From the NCBI GenBank assembly GCA_028534125.1, contig CM052818.1:16308001-16372000 (forward strand): a DNA stretch of 64,000 nucleotides, written 5' to 3'. Within the stretch, counting starts at the first letter, position 1; every line of letters starts with the position of its first letter. The translations under genes and the position numbers were made by a program. Source of the stretch: Lama glama (Eukaryota). Positions 27,136 to 41,200 of the stretch are shown here, piece after piece. A model generated the notes under the pieces. It saw nothing but the letters and a program-made list of their open reading frames with translations. It did no database searches and was not told where the DNA came from.

Positions 27136-27889
27136 TAGATTAAATTGATATTTGTACAGATACAGCTTAAACTTGACAACGTATTTGAATTCAACGTAAG
27201 CATTTTCAGGGAATTTTTAGAGAGTCAAATATAATTTTAATTGTGGCATAAAGATAAGGAAATGTAGACTGGTTTAGGATATCTCCTAATTAGACAGTTA
27301 AACTACTCTTCTTAAAAATTAGTCTGCTGAGACTAGGGAAAGCTGCAGCTTTAAGTTGAAGGTAAATAAGTCAACAAAGAAATGAGTTGGCATGGCTGCA
27401 AGAACTTAGAACTCTTGGTTAATGTAATCAATAGATTTTGAAATAAAAATGCCATAGAACATTACTGACATTACACCCTACAAAAACTTCTCAGTAAGAA
27501 CCCAATAGATGTAAACCAACAAAACAGAACACACACAATTACACATTAATCTGTAGATAAATTCTATTTCCAGTAAGATCTTTCCCTAGATACAAACACA
27601 TTAAGATTCTAAGACACATCTTGTTTCACTGTGCCCCATTTGAAATACAGCAACTTAATATATTAGAATCTTGATGCAACACAGCTAGTCAATCAGGCAT
27701 GTAATGATAACTGCTTCCATTAATGAGTAATAAATGGCTTCCATAGTGCTAAGAAGTATTCTTCACTTATATTTACAAAATAACTCTGAACACATTTATT
27801 AGGTACAGCTCTCTGTGTTTGCATGTCCATTTATTGAATTTTAGCATAAAATATTTAAGGGGAAAATAAACTTCCTGTGATTCAAGAGG

Positions 27890-28035
27890 GGAAGCCTGGT
27901 GCAGTGGAAAGAAGAGAACTGGAATCAGAAATTCCAAGTTCAGATCCCAAATCTGCCACCAGTCAATCCTATGTGTGGCTTGGGCAACTGACTTCTCTAT
28001 GGACCTCAATTTCCTTGATCACTAAAGAAGAGAGT
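27890..28035 (+). mobile_element. MIR SINE
   Basis: gtgcagtggaaaga...gttcagatcccaaatctgccacc...tgtgtggcttgggcaa...cctcaatttcc matches the MIR 5' region and core. Confidence 0.8.
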
Positions 28036-29656
28036 CAGACTAGAACTGTAAGGTATTTTTTGGCCTAGTATTCCATGAGTCCAAAATAGAGTTTCATGTA
28101 TTTCCATTTCAACTGCAATTTGCAAATTCACTGGTCCCCTAAGGTACAGGTTCCAGCTAGAAATATCGTGATTTCTAGTCTGTCCTTCAGTAATGATATA
28201 ATTGTCTAAAATAATCAATTATATAAGTGTCAGAAAGCAAATCCACTTAAGAAGTAAATGGGAAAAAGTAGTGTTCCACATAAATATCTGCTCCTGGGTC
28301 CCTTAAAAGAATTTCAGAGATGTATATCTCCTGCCCACTCAAGGTGATTTTTAACTTTTTGCATTAAGTCTAACTGAAAGGTATTAATTTCTGGCATTCT
28401 ACATATATGATACAAATACTATTGTTGTTGTTATTGTTATTAATATTAGTATTATGACTATCTGATTATAAATTTAGTTCATTCAATTTATTAATATAAA
28501 CAATCACCATCAAATCCATTTGGCCTGGCAGTTATCCTGGTCAAATGACCAGACAAATCAGTTTACTTTCTGTCAGAAAGAAGTCTGACTTCATTGCATT
28601 TTACTTATTACAGTGTCTTTCATTTCAAAATAATTGTGCTAATACAAGCCCCAAGGCATCTTACTTTTGAGTTCAACTTCTAAGACAGATAGATAGATCA
28701 ATGGATAGATAGGATCAGGCAAACTGATATGACACACAGAGCCCTGTAGTGAGCTCGTTACTGATTCTCCAGATTAGTGGGTTCTTTTTTCCTTTCCCTT
28801 CATAAGGCCATGTTGTTTTGCTGCCAGTATAACCGATTTCAGGAGTTAAGCATTTTTCAATCTTCCTTTCAGCCGATGCTGAAGAATATGGATGGGACTA
28901 GAAAGGATTCTGGAAGTTTGATCAATTTGCTTTGCCCTAGTAACTTGGAAGAAAGGTAATAGTGCAAAGTGGGAATGGGAAGGAAGCTTTAGAAACTTCA
29001 TTAGATCTGAACTTCAGAATTCTCAGTTTGATCAACTTTAGACATCAGGAAGATAAAGATCTTGTACACAATTCTCTGAAAATGATCTGTGCCATGTGGA
29101 AAGTCTGGAAAGCCTTTGTATCCCTCAGGAATAAGCACACCTAGGGTTGAAGACAGGTGTTATAAAGCATGACTCATTCTTCATCCTAACAAAATTACTT
29201 TGCCTGTTGACAAGGTCAGGAATTATAAAGTGAAGATAATAAAAGAGTTTATTCAAGAAGATTTTACTGCACCAATGCAGTCCTTTAGTCTATCAGGCCA
29301 GGAGAAGGAGACATGGCATTTGTCTACAGTGACATGATTCAGCTGAATTTGATTAACTATTTGAAGGGAACTGACAGCATCTCTGTGAAACTAATCTGAA
29401 ATACCCCATTTCCTTAAATGTGTTTAACTGAGTTGGGCATATTTTTATCTGACTTCCAATGCTTCACAGCTAATGTCCTATCCTGATGTTTCAAAAAATC
29501 TATGTTTCTCATACTATTTGATCTATCTTTTATGTCTCAAAGCAGCAGCTTAAAACTCATGAGCACACATAAAAGTAATAGCCACAGATCACACTAACAT
29601 TTCATTAATTTAAGTCTATACTGATTTAAATTACTATGGAAAGATTTATATTCAGA

Positions 29657-29729
29657 TGTGTGTGTGTATGTGTGATGTGTGTGCGTTGCGGGGGAGAGAG
29701 AGAGAGAGAAAGAGAGACTTTTTTTTTTT
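29657..29729. repeat. (TG)n-(GA)n-poly(T) compound microsatellite
   Basis: Directly visible in the sequence. Confidence 0.9.
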
Positions 29730-31415
29730 AAATAAAAGTTAAGATTCATTTAGCCATCTTATTGGTTCATCGCTCCAGAGATAGGGGATTTTTTTGAACC
29801 CTGATCTGTTTACCCTGGTGTTTATTCCCTTACTTTTCATTTCTCTCTACTTTTTCATAGATTGAGACAAAGAAGCATTATCATATATGCATAAAATTAA
29901 TGCAGATAGCATTTCAGAAACATTAATTTATTAATTAAATAATAATAAACAATTTAAGGAGAATATTTAAACTGGAGATGGCAGAATAAGTCTACCTAGG
30001 TCTTAGAAATCATCAAATAATCATGTAAATTGCATTAAGAAATAAAATGTAGACACTCATCACAACAAAAGTATACCTAACAATCAATGTAAACGGAGAT
30101 TTTATATGCTATGGAAACTTGAAAAGGTATAAAGATATACAGAATATAAATTCAAAGCTGAAATACTAGCATACAATTTTCAAGGTTCCATGATGATATG
30201 GAGGCAGCAGCGATCTACCGAGGTATGTAAAGAAGTAATGCAGAACAAAAGGATTATACAAACCACATGCAAATGTGTACTATGCCACAGGACCTCAGTC
30301 TTAAAAGTTCATTGATAATGATGGTGAAAATTCTGAATTTAAATTTCCTTATAGTGCTTATCACAATATCATTAGCATTTTTATTTCAGATGTATGTTTT
30401 TGGTTTCTAGAATTTTCATCTTTTTTTCTGAAATGCAATATATAATTAACAGATTAATTCAAGGTATGAGTTACTATCCATTTTTACTTATTCATTTACA
30501 TTGTTAATAATTTTGCCACTGAATAATTTTCTTATTTAATGACCTCAGTACAAAAATGAGTTGTACTGCTTTGAAAGAAACTCCTCTAATGTTCTGCAAA
30601 TTTCCTTCATTTTATCAAAAGAAAAAAATTCCAATGAATGTGAACTACTCAGAAGACTCAGTGCTGGTGTATGATAAGGGACTTAAGAGTGTTACAGGCA
30701 TGGACAAGTATCTCTACCCCCGACTCCCACACAAGAGTCACTTGTTTTATAGATTTTCATTCTTCATTTTGCTTCCAATTATTTTTTACTATTATTTTAA
30801 TGAATTCTTATAATTGTAAGGAGGAAAAATATATACAAATATCACATTTTATTAGGATTATAAAAAAATTTTAAAATAACCTCTAAGTGAGATTATAGTG
30901 AGCTTGTCTTAAAAAAAATTTTTCAGGCATGCATGACATTAGAATCTCTGCATAGAATTTTTTATTTTATTTTTTATCTTTTATATCCTTTCTATCTCCT
31001 GATTGATTTGTAGTGTCAGGGAAGTCACATTCATATCTTAACCCAGGAGAAGAAATCTATTCTACCCATTCAGAAAAAGTAGAAGAAAAATGCTTGGAGT
31101 TCTAAAAAGGCATCCCTTTTAAATTTGTTACTTCTGAACTGTCCTATGTTACACTTCAACATTCACACATTTTCAGTTATGTCAAGGCTACTGAGTGTAT
31201 GGCTTGAGATATCACAGGTAGCTTGCTGTTGGGGTTCTTTTTCTTGGGCATTCCTTTGTTCTACTTATTTCCTAAGAAGAAAAAATATACAGTAAAATAG
31301 CCACAGAATTCTGTGTATCTATACAGAACTTCACTACAAGTAGTAGAATATAGTCTTCATATGTTGCACACCTGGTTACTTTCCTAGCCGATTATTTGAC
31401 TGAGCCTTTGGAGGC

Positions 31416-32122
31416 AGTGATATCCCTGGATATATGGACACTGAAGAAGAGAGTCTGCTGGGAAACAAGCTGCTGGAAAACAAACTGCTGGAAAATGAAC
31501 AGCTGGAAGACAAGCCGCACCTAAATTTCCATGAGCTTAAAATATTATATTCACACTTCCTTGCTTAAAATGCACATGCTTTCTTTGTTTTAATGTTTTA
31601 TGCAGTAGATGCTAAAGAAAATTTGTGGTGAGCAATCCTGAGATTGACCATAAGGGCACGAAGTAGGGCAGATATTTCCTTAGGGTGAAACAGTGGATGG
31701 TCCTGGAAAGCCAGATCATCCATTAACAGAACTTTGTTCTGGAATGAAAGCAAGCAGTTAAGCCCAGGGGAAATACTTGCTATCTCGAGTTGTCCCAGAG
31801 GCAGTAACAGGATAGATTTAGAAATTCTGCATACCCCAAGGAGGGTGATTGTTCCTGGAAGGGACAGGCCTGAAATTAATCAGTTAAACAGCAAGCAGAA
31901 CTTAGTGCTTATCCCATGGAATATCCAAAGTCCCACCTCTTTGATTGCATTTTTTTCTGAGCTGTATTCTCCTAATAAATATGGTGTCAACCAGGCTTTC
32001 GGGGCTCTGGATCCATGAGATCTTGAGTCCCTTGGTCCCATCTTTTCTCTCATTATAGCAGTCGATTTCAGCCCTGACTGGAAAACAGGACATTTCCCCA
32101 GGGCTGCTTGATATCAGCCACA
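31416..32122 (+). mobile_element. Putative solo endogenous-retrovirus LTR, family not recognised
   Basis: ~700-bp GC-richer block ending GATATCAGCCACA and starting (A)GTGATATC. It has a possible 4-bp TSD AGGC/AGGT, tandem 15-mers near the 5' end and AATAAA at ~31974. Confidence 0.55.
31455..31514 (+). repeat. Four tandem imperfect 15-bp repeats
   Basis: ctgctgggaaacaag / ctgctggaaaacaaa / ctgctggaaaatgaa / cagctggaagacaag. Confidence 0.9.
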
Positions 32123-32814
32123 AGGTGTATTTCTTTGGGGAAACTTCTAAATCTTACTTTATCAAAATTTTAATGGAGAAACCCATTCCATCTTCACCCC
32201 TGCTTGTAAGAGAGGCTTTGCACACTTCACAGTTATATTTGGGAAAAGATACTCAACTCTATTTTGGAGGGTGAGGAGTGTTACAAGTTAGATCTTATTT
32301 TCAATTTTATGTCCTTGGGAATATTAACAGCTTTTCTCAGGGCTAAAAAGTGCAATTGATTGTAAGTTTAATTTCTCATTGTACACGACACTATATAATG
32401 CAAACTCAGTATTTCTTGCCTTCTAGGACCTAATATCCTGACCTGTAGAATACAACCCAGATAGATAGGTATAAAGATAGAAAGAGATGTATACATCCAT
32501 ATATACATACACAAAAATACTTTGAGTGGATAATAGCAAGTATAGTATAACTTTAATTTTTAATTTTTTGATTTCTAAAATATAATCTAATTGCCTTGAC
32601 ATTAGCACTACAGAAAACATTAAGGAGATATTCCTGAGAGTTTCCTTGTGATTATACCAAAATAACAATTAAGTGCATTTATTTCTTGGAGTAATTAAAG
32701 TAACCAAAATACTTTGCAAATAGCAACTGCTCTGTAAATTCTAATATTCTCATAGAAGAAATATACAGATGTTAAGGAAGAATGATGAGCTGACAAAGAT
32801 GATGCTGCATTTCC

Positions 32815-32991
32815 TTACTGATTGGATGAGACTCGCCCTCATTCTGGAGGGCAGTCTGCTTTACTCAAGTCCACAGATTTAAATGTAAATCCCATCCAAA
32901 AATACCCTCACAGAAACACCCAGAATAATATTTCATCAACTATCTGGGCACTGTGGCCCAGACAAGTTGACACATAAAATTAACCATCACA
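32815..32991 (-). mobile_element. MLT2 (ERVL) LTR 5' fragment
   Basis: The minus strand begins TGTGATGGTTAATTTTATGTGTCAACTTG, the canonical MLT2 start. Confidence 0.9.
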
Positions 32992-33329
32992 GTGTATTAT
33001 CCAGGGACTTCTAATATTCATAGTTTAATGTTTTCCCTTTAACTTTTTATCTTTGTTCCTTAAGTTTTTTTTTAGGAAGATATTATATTACTAAAATTAA
33101 ATGGCAATTCAGTGTCACCTGCTATGAATAAAATAAAGCTGCAAACAATATAATGTAATTAAAATAATGTTTTCTGTAATCTCCTAACAGAGACTTCTCC
33201 TAGTCTATTAAAAAATGAGAGAAACTGGAAAATTTTAGAAAGGTACTAAAGGCATACTGGCATCAAGTTAAAACTTTCTCCTTGATAAAATCAATTAAAT
33301 TTTTCATTAGAATTAAAAAGTAATTAACT

Positions 33330-34905
33330 AAACTACTCCAGATAATGGTGGAAAGAGGAGGTAGGGTGATTACTCTTTGCCAAAAACAGGTATAAAACTG
33401 GATAACGTTGCCAATGAGAATCATTAAGAGGCACTGAAAATCAGGTAAATTAAGACAAAACAATTCAGAAGAACTTGTTCTTCATAACCTACAGAAGTGT
33501 TAGGAAAATACATGCTGAACCTATGGCTTTCTGGCCTCTACTTGCTCCTACCAAGTTTCTGCCCTCTTTCTGCTTGGTCACTGGAAACCATAGATTTATT
33601 GGCTTTGGGTTTGGGCAAAGTAGCAGCTTTACTGTTACAGATGGCCAATTTTATTTGGGGTGGGAGCAGGAGCTATGCCCAGGTCATTGCCAAATGGCAG
33701 ACTCAGTTTGAAAGCCATGGAAAACCCACAGATATACTAGCCTAACACTGTGGTCCCAGTTCTGGAAGGATAGTACACAAGACAGGAATTTAACGGTGAT
33801 ATCCTGGAAGTGACAGATCCACAGAAAACCTGAACACAGCTTCAAACTTATCCCTGGCTGATGAATAAATTATACACACGTGGGAGTGACCTGAAAGAAC
33901 CATCTAAAATATATGGGATATTGAAAACTTGGAATTTAAATGTCTTTCTCTATACATATAGGGCTACTCAGTAGAAGACAGTGGCTTAAGAACCTGGGTG
34001 TCTAAACACAAGCTCCCATACAAACTATTATGTGACCACTGACATACATACACGCAAGAAAAATACTCTAAGAAATCCGGGGGAAAAAAAATCCTGAAAT
34101 GTTTTTTAAACTGCACAGTAGACTAAGTACTGGCACGTTACTGAAAATAATATCAACAACCCTCAGGAAAATAAAACAAAGTCCAAAATTACTGTATTAA
34201 CTATATATATATTAACTATATTATAATATTCAATTTGAACCAAAAAGAACTAAGTATGACAATAAACCAAAAAAGTATAACAAGAGTAGCAATATAGCAA
34301 TAAAAACTGTTGAGTGAGCCCAGAGATTTAATTTTGCAGAAAATAATTTTAAAGCTGCTAAAATATATATGATCAAAGTAAAATAGGAATATATATTTAA
34401 AGAACTAAAGTGTGCTAACAGTGAGCAACAAACAAGATTTTCCAGACAGAAATGGATGTTATAGAAAAGAAACAAAAGGGAATATTGTAATGAGAAGCCA
34501 ATAATTGAAAACAAACACCAGATGAGCTCTTGAACAAATCTGAAATAGAAAAAAAAAGAAGAAGAAGAAAAGAAACAATAAAACAAGTTGACGAGAAATT
34601 AGTAAAGATACAGAGAAACAAGTCAATTTAAACAGCATTAAAAAGTAAAATACTTTGGAATAAATGTAACAAAAGTGGTACAAATCCTGTAAGATGAAAC
34701 TTACAAACCATTGCTAAAGAAATGAAAGAAGACCTGAATGAACAGAGATGCACCATATACATGGACTGGAAGACTTAGACTATTTTTAAGATGGCAGAGC
34801 ATCCCAAACTGATCTACAGGTTCAACATAATTCCTATCAAAATCTGATGGTTTTTGAGATGGACCAACTGATACTAAATTTATATGGGGCAAAAAAAGAC
34901 TCAGA
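33330..34905 (+). mobile_element. Old L1M fragments (5' region, decayed ORF1, ORF2 piece)
   Basis: A-rich strand. 34650-34890 is ORF2-like (gaagacctgaatgaacagagatgcaccatatacatggactggaagactt; cccaaactgatctacaggttcaaca). Confidence 0.65.
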
Positions 34906-34914
34906 GGTGCTACT

Positions 34915-36705
34915 ATTTTTTATTGTCATTTCAAAAATAATTTTAGATTTACAGATTTGCAGCAATCATACACAGAGTTCTCATGTTCCCATCTCCCACT
35001 TTTCCTAAAGTTAATAATTTGTATAACAATGATATTTTAATCAAATTTCAGAAATTAACATTGGTATGATGTAATCATCTAAAGTATACATTTTTTTCAT
35101 ATTTCTCCAGTTTTTCTACTAATGTTCTTTTTGTCTTTAGCCCTATAGTGTCTAGACCATTTCTGACTGCGTTTTCCCCTCACCACCTTCAGTAAGAATA
35201 TGTCATACACGTTAATTTAGTTAGGTTGATTTTTCACAGCCCATTTTATGCCCTCAGTTACTATTACAGGCTCATTCAAAAGAAAAAAATATCTTCGTAT
35301 AGTATAGTTCACTTTTTGCACTAATGTAGGTTTAGACTAATGCATAGAGTAATATATCCACCACCACAATACCATACAGAATAGTTGCATCACCAAAAAA
35401 ATTTCTTTGTGCAGCCTCTTTATAGTCTCTCTCTCCTCCCTCCCCAAATCCGCTGGCAAGTACAGCTCATTTTTTCTGTTATAAAAATTTAGACTTTTCC
35501 AAAATATAAAATAAATGCAGTCATAAAAATACATAGCCTTTTGGGTCTAATTTCTTCCCCTTAGTAAAATATATTTAAGACTCATTCTTATTGTGTAAAT
35601 CAATAGTTCATTCCATTGTATACCCATACATGTACAAATACCATAAAATTTTTATCCATTCACCTGTTAGAGGACATATGGCTTATTTCTAAATTTTAGA
35701 GTTTATGAATAAAGCTGATTCAAATATCTACATAGGTTATCATATAAGGATAAATTTTCAATGCACTTGGTTAATTATTAATAGGTCATTGTTGAATTGT
35801 ATTTTAAAAGTATGCTTAATCTTATGATAAACTACCAAGTTGTTTTTCCAAAGTTGTTATACCATTTTCACAAGCAGTGGAAATGTCTTCTTTGTTTGAT
35901 ATCCTTAAGAGCACTTTATATTGTCATCTTATTTTTCTTAGAAATTTTAACAATTATCTATAGGTTTCTCAATATGGTTTTAATATACATGTCCTTCATA
36001 ATGATTCTGAATATCTTTTCATATACTTGTTTGATATCTGCATTTCTTCTTTGAGAAAATATCTGTTTAGATTTTACATCCACTTTTTGATTTTTTTGTT
36101 TGTCTGTTGTTGAACTTTTAGAGTTCCTTTCATATTCTGGATAAAAGTATATATCAAAAAGGTATTATATAAATATTTTCCCCAGACTGGCTTACTTTTT
36201 CATTATCTTAAAATTTCACAGAGCAAAAAGTTTTAACTGTAACAAAGCCCAATTCACCAATTAAATTTGTTTTTTTTAATTTGCTGTATCATGTCTTTGA
36301 TGTCATATATTGACTCATTATAAAACCCAAGGTCATGAGATTTTCTATGATATTTCTAAAATTTGTGTAATTTTGCATTTTATATTTAAACCTATAACCC
36401 ATTTTAAGTGAATTATTTTATGAAGGGAGAAGTATGTGTCAAGGTTCATTTTTTTGTAATGTGGAAGTAAAATAACTACAGCGCCGTTTATTGAAAATGA
36501 TATCATTTGTCAACTCTGAACATTGTGTAACCTAGAAAAAAATCAGTTGACTCTATTTGTGGGGATCTATTATTGGATTCTTTTTTCTATTCCAATGATC
36601 AATCACTCTTTCCTTGCCCAATTGGGCACTATTTTGATTAGTGTAGCTTTATAGTAAGGCTTGATATAACTTACTATGAAACTTTCAAACTTGTTTTACT
36701 TTTTG
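34915..36705 (-). mobile_element. Old L1MB/L1MC-type 3' UTR and ORF2 C-terminal fragments
   Basis: accatacagaatagttgcatcacc, tttatccattcacctgttagaggaca and aaaatcagttgactctatttgtggggatctat are antisense L1 motifs. Confidence 0.75.
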
Positions 36706-36729
36706 AGAAATAAATAAATAAATAATAGA

Positions 36730-38220
36730 ATCTGAGACTACCTCCACATAATATTAAATTGCTTCATCTATAAGTGCCTGTAATATATTCCCAATTCCTC
36801 CTTCCATCCTTTTTATTGTTACATATTTTACATATGCATTTACTATAATCACACAATATTTTATATACTTTCACTTTAATTGCTTAGTTATCTTTTAGGT
36901 CAAATAAAAATAAGAAAAAGTATTTTTATTTACATTCATTGTTTCTATTTTCAACACTCTTCTATGTGTAGTTTGAAGTTTCTTACCTGTATCACATTTC
37001 TCTGCCTAAAGAACCTTCTTTGGAATATTTTTATAGATTAGGTATGATGGCAATTCTAAGTTTTGTTTGAGAAAGTCTTCACTTCTACTTTTTTGATGTG
37101 TATTTTTGCTGAGTATGTAATTTTGGTATGTGTATATACATATATACAATTTTATCTATATAATATATAGAAATATGCAGGTTTTACTTTCCAAAGGGCA
37201 CAAATATGGGGCTGTGTGTTAATACAGTTAGAAGCTGAGGATTAAAGTTTGCTGTTACTATGTTTTCCTTCCATATATCACAGGCTTCATAATCCCCGAT
37301 TGACTGGGTTTATTGTGTGGGCTAATTTACAGAGGGCTTTCCCCAACATCTGCACTCCTGCGAGAATCAGTCTCTTGTAGTACTCTCACTATATTCCACT
37401 GTTATTTTGATTTTTATCTTGACAGCCTGGAGGTGAGAGGAGTGAGAAGATGACATTCTCTGATGTTATAACTCATCGTAAATCTTAGGCAAGTTGTTTC
37501 CCTTTCTATCAGGGCTTTGATCTTCACAACTGCTCCTTCTCCTCCTCTAGCTGTTGTGGTAAGCCTAGCATGCATCCCTGCCCATATCATGGGGATAATA
37601 CTAACCCACCTCTCCTCCTACTCCCTTCCTTAGCTGCAAAAGATTTCCAGCAGTGCCAGTATAGTTTTTGTTGTTCCTCCCTATGTAGATTAAGGCTTTT
37701 TCTCCATAATAGAGATGGCAGAGATTGTATAGTATCTCTCCATATGAGAGATACCAGTGGCTATTGTTCATCTCTCCCTGTCAGCACCACAAGCATAGTT
37801 TTCTCAAGATTCTATCCAATCTTTCCTGAGAGTAGCTTCAGAAATCCTACAAGACAATCTCACAGAAGAGTGTAATCCTGCCTACATCTACCCCACCATG
37901 GACTTCACATTCTTCTCATTTCCACACTCCCATTTTAGCAATTCATTAAAATTTGCTAGCTGTATCTTCTTACTGGCAGGTATGGCATCCTGTGGTGACT
38001 ATCCTAGGTAAGCAAATACTTAGCTTGTTTCTCCCTGCAAGCATCTCTTCATCCCAATATTTTTAGATTACTTAATTGTCCTGGACCTTTTTTCACTGAT
38101 GGGTTCAAAAAAAGCTATTAATTTCAGTTATTTCAGTTAATTTCAGTATATCTAATTCTTGATTGTAAAAGTTGGAATGACACTTCCAGTAGTCTATATC
38201 TCTGAACTAAAACTGAACGG
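36730..38220 (-). mobile_element. Old L1M 5'-region fragments
   Basis: Degenerate antisense L1 signature (ttttgtttgagaaagtcttcacttct...tttttgctgagtatgtaattttgg). Confidence 0.5.
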
Positions 38221-41200
38221 TTTCTAATTTTCTTGAAAACAACAAAAAAATTAGTTTTAAATTGGTATTTAGCTGTCTCTATACTGTTTTTTATTTCCAC
38301 AGCTAGAACTAGTTAGGTAAATAAAAATATTAAAGGTTTCATTCAGGTTTTACTAATGCTGTCTAATATGTTAGAAATACCAAAAAAAAAAATCTATTTT
38401 CAAAAACATATTTAAATTAAACAATCAAAACCACTGATTTTACCAAAACTTTGTTATTTCACATTTGAATTACAGTTAAAGTTTTCAAACTGGCTTATTA
38501 ATATTGTTCCTCTGCATGTGAAACTAACTTGCATTGAGGGTGGGAGTGTGAAGAGGAGAAGAATGGAAGAAGACTGCTAAATGAAGTACATGAGAATGAG
38601 ATAAAAGACACCAGTAAGAGATTAGATAACTATAGTTATCAAAATAGTGGTTTGATCTTAAAGTGACCTTTTCAATATATATTCTGCTTAAAAACTTCAC
38701 CAGAAACTCCCATTTTTATACATAGTAAAGATATATATCTGCTGTCCTCAAAGTGAACAAAAATCCAGTAAGAATTACTGCTGACTTTCCTTTGTTGTTT
38801 ATTCCTGGAAAACATTTTTTCATCACACTGGTAAAATAAATAATAAATAATAATCTTGCTAACATAGAACTTCCAACAAAACCAGTTCATTTCAGGAAGG
38901 GAAATACAGATTCGCATAGAGGAGTTTTGAGTAATTCGTCCCCAGCCCCTAAATTAGCATATGAAAAGGATGAATGGTCATAATTATGGGTGAATTATTT
39001 TAAAATTTAGTTTAACTAGAGCTTGAATGCTTCTGTGTGGTTTAAGATTAAGCTAAGACTGTGAGCCAGGCCAGATTAAAAATAAAGGCCTTATAAACCA
39101 GACTAACTGAACTCTTTTATAATAGGCAAAAGGGAGCTAGCAAATACTTTGACTTGTCATAATACAATTATTTTTTTTAAAAAGGCAATACTAGAAGTGA
39201 CATAGATAAACAACTAGACTAAGGAACACATCCATGATTACAGGGCTATGACATTGCTACTGACAAGAGAGAACAAGAGTCAAAAGTAGGAATTGTCAGT
39301 GTGCATGAGTAAGTAGAATTAGATTCTACTTTACATGACTAATAAGATTTGGTTCCTGATTAAACACAGAAGGCCAAGCTTTGAAACTAAGGTGGATGAT
39401 GAAGCCTCAAATTAACTAATATCAAAAAAAGAAGGATAAATGTTGAAGAATAGATTTTCTGAACTTTAAATTTATTTATTTTTACTTACTCTTTGGCAGC
39501 TCATTTTATTTTCAGAAACATTCCTTTGACTTTGTCTTGCAAATCTCTTTCATTCTGTTGCTGCTATTGTTGTGCAGGCTATCCCATTTGTTTCTAAGAG
39601 CTATTTATAATTCATTGATTGATCCTTTTCTATAACATCCTATGCCTGGTTATGTCTAGTAACTTCTTTTTCCTTATCTTCCTGTGCATACTAAATGTGG
39701 TAATCTGAAATTTCTTCTTCATATAACAGTGTATCTTCTTCTTTGGAAATTCTTTTCACACTTTAACCGTTTTATTCTTTCTTATTTAAATTGTACAGTT
39801 TCCTCAAATGTCTGCTGATTCTCGGCTACATCTTTAAGTTTAAGAATTAAATATTTAGAGGTGATTGGATTTTTCGGTTCTTGGCAGTTTGGATGACTCA
39901 CTGGCTTCACTATAAAAGGATAAAAAGACAGTGGTCACTTTTTTCAGGGTTTATAAAATATCAGTCTTTGGAGACATTTTCTCTGATTTAGTTTTGTTTA
40001 TTCAGTTTCTCTGAACAAGAATTCTTCAACAATGAGCATGAAGGCACATTTCCTGAATGTAGATGTTGTTAGACAAGTCAGAAGGGGCCGTGGTTCACAA
40101 TATCTAGACTTTCACTGGGGCCCTCTTTATAGTGATGCAGTTCCACACCCTTCTTGATATGCTTAATAACCTAAAATTCTGAGACTCATTAGGAATCTTG
40201 AGGATAAATCTGCTTACTTCTTAACATTAGTTCCATTAGCAAGGGCTTTAAATTGGAGGTTACCGTCTTCTAATAAATCATTTATTCTTCCTCCTCTGGT
40301 TTCTTTTATTTTTCCAAACATTTTTCTCTTTAGTTTATTGACTTCTACTATTTACTCTTTTGTTATCAATGTCCTTGTAGGTCTTTTTATTTCCTATTTA
40401 TTTTCTATCATCTGAATAGAATCTAGGGAGGGAGAAAATATAAATATGTATAGTTAAATTGTGTTCACTCATTTCAAATATGCTATTTAATTTTTAAAAA
40501 TTATTTATTTTCCAATTAAAACCTCAATTCAGTCTTTAAAAACTGGAGATTAGAGCATCTGCCCTATCTATTTCTGAGGGCATCATATAATTATCATAAT
40601 TATAAATGTACAAATATGGAGGTATTGCTAGACATTCAAGTTAGTATCACCATGACAATAACCTATAAGCAAACCCTTCATTTCAACAGGCATCATTTAA
40701 GCTGCATTCTCAATTTATGAAAAAAATATATAAATCATATCAGCATGCAATGTTTATGGGTTGTCACAGAAGATGTGTGACCAATATTGCACCCATAGAA
40801 AGTTTTCCAGTGGAGATATATTATCATGACTATCCCCACAGCTTATGCAGTAAATTCCTCAGAGCCTTATGCACAGCAAGGATGAAAACAAAGAGTATCT
40901 ATGATTTCACTACTTGGCTGTCACTATCCAATTCTGTAGTCTTTCTTTCTCTCATAATGCATGTTCTGATTTTCAGGAAAAAAATCAGAATTCTTAATTT
41001 GAACAAGTCTTAGCCTAATTTTGTTATACATAATATATATACATAGTATACATTTATACATTTTCTATTTAGCAACCTATCTTCCTATCAATGTGCCTTG
41101 GGGGAAAGAAAGAAAGGAAAGGCATTAATATTAACAGGTTGTCTTTACTGGATTACTATATGGGTCGCTTCTATTTTGGTACCTTGTGTTTTCTAAGATT

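Noticed and set aside
38700..38848. Minus-strand exon-like segment (CDEKMFSRNKQQRK...)
   Set aside because: The acceptor is plausible but the donor is weak and the peptide is unrecognised.
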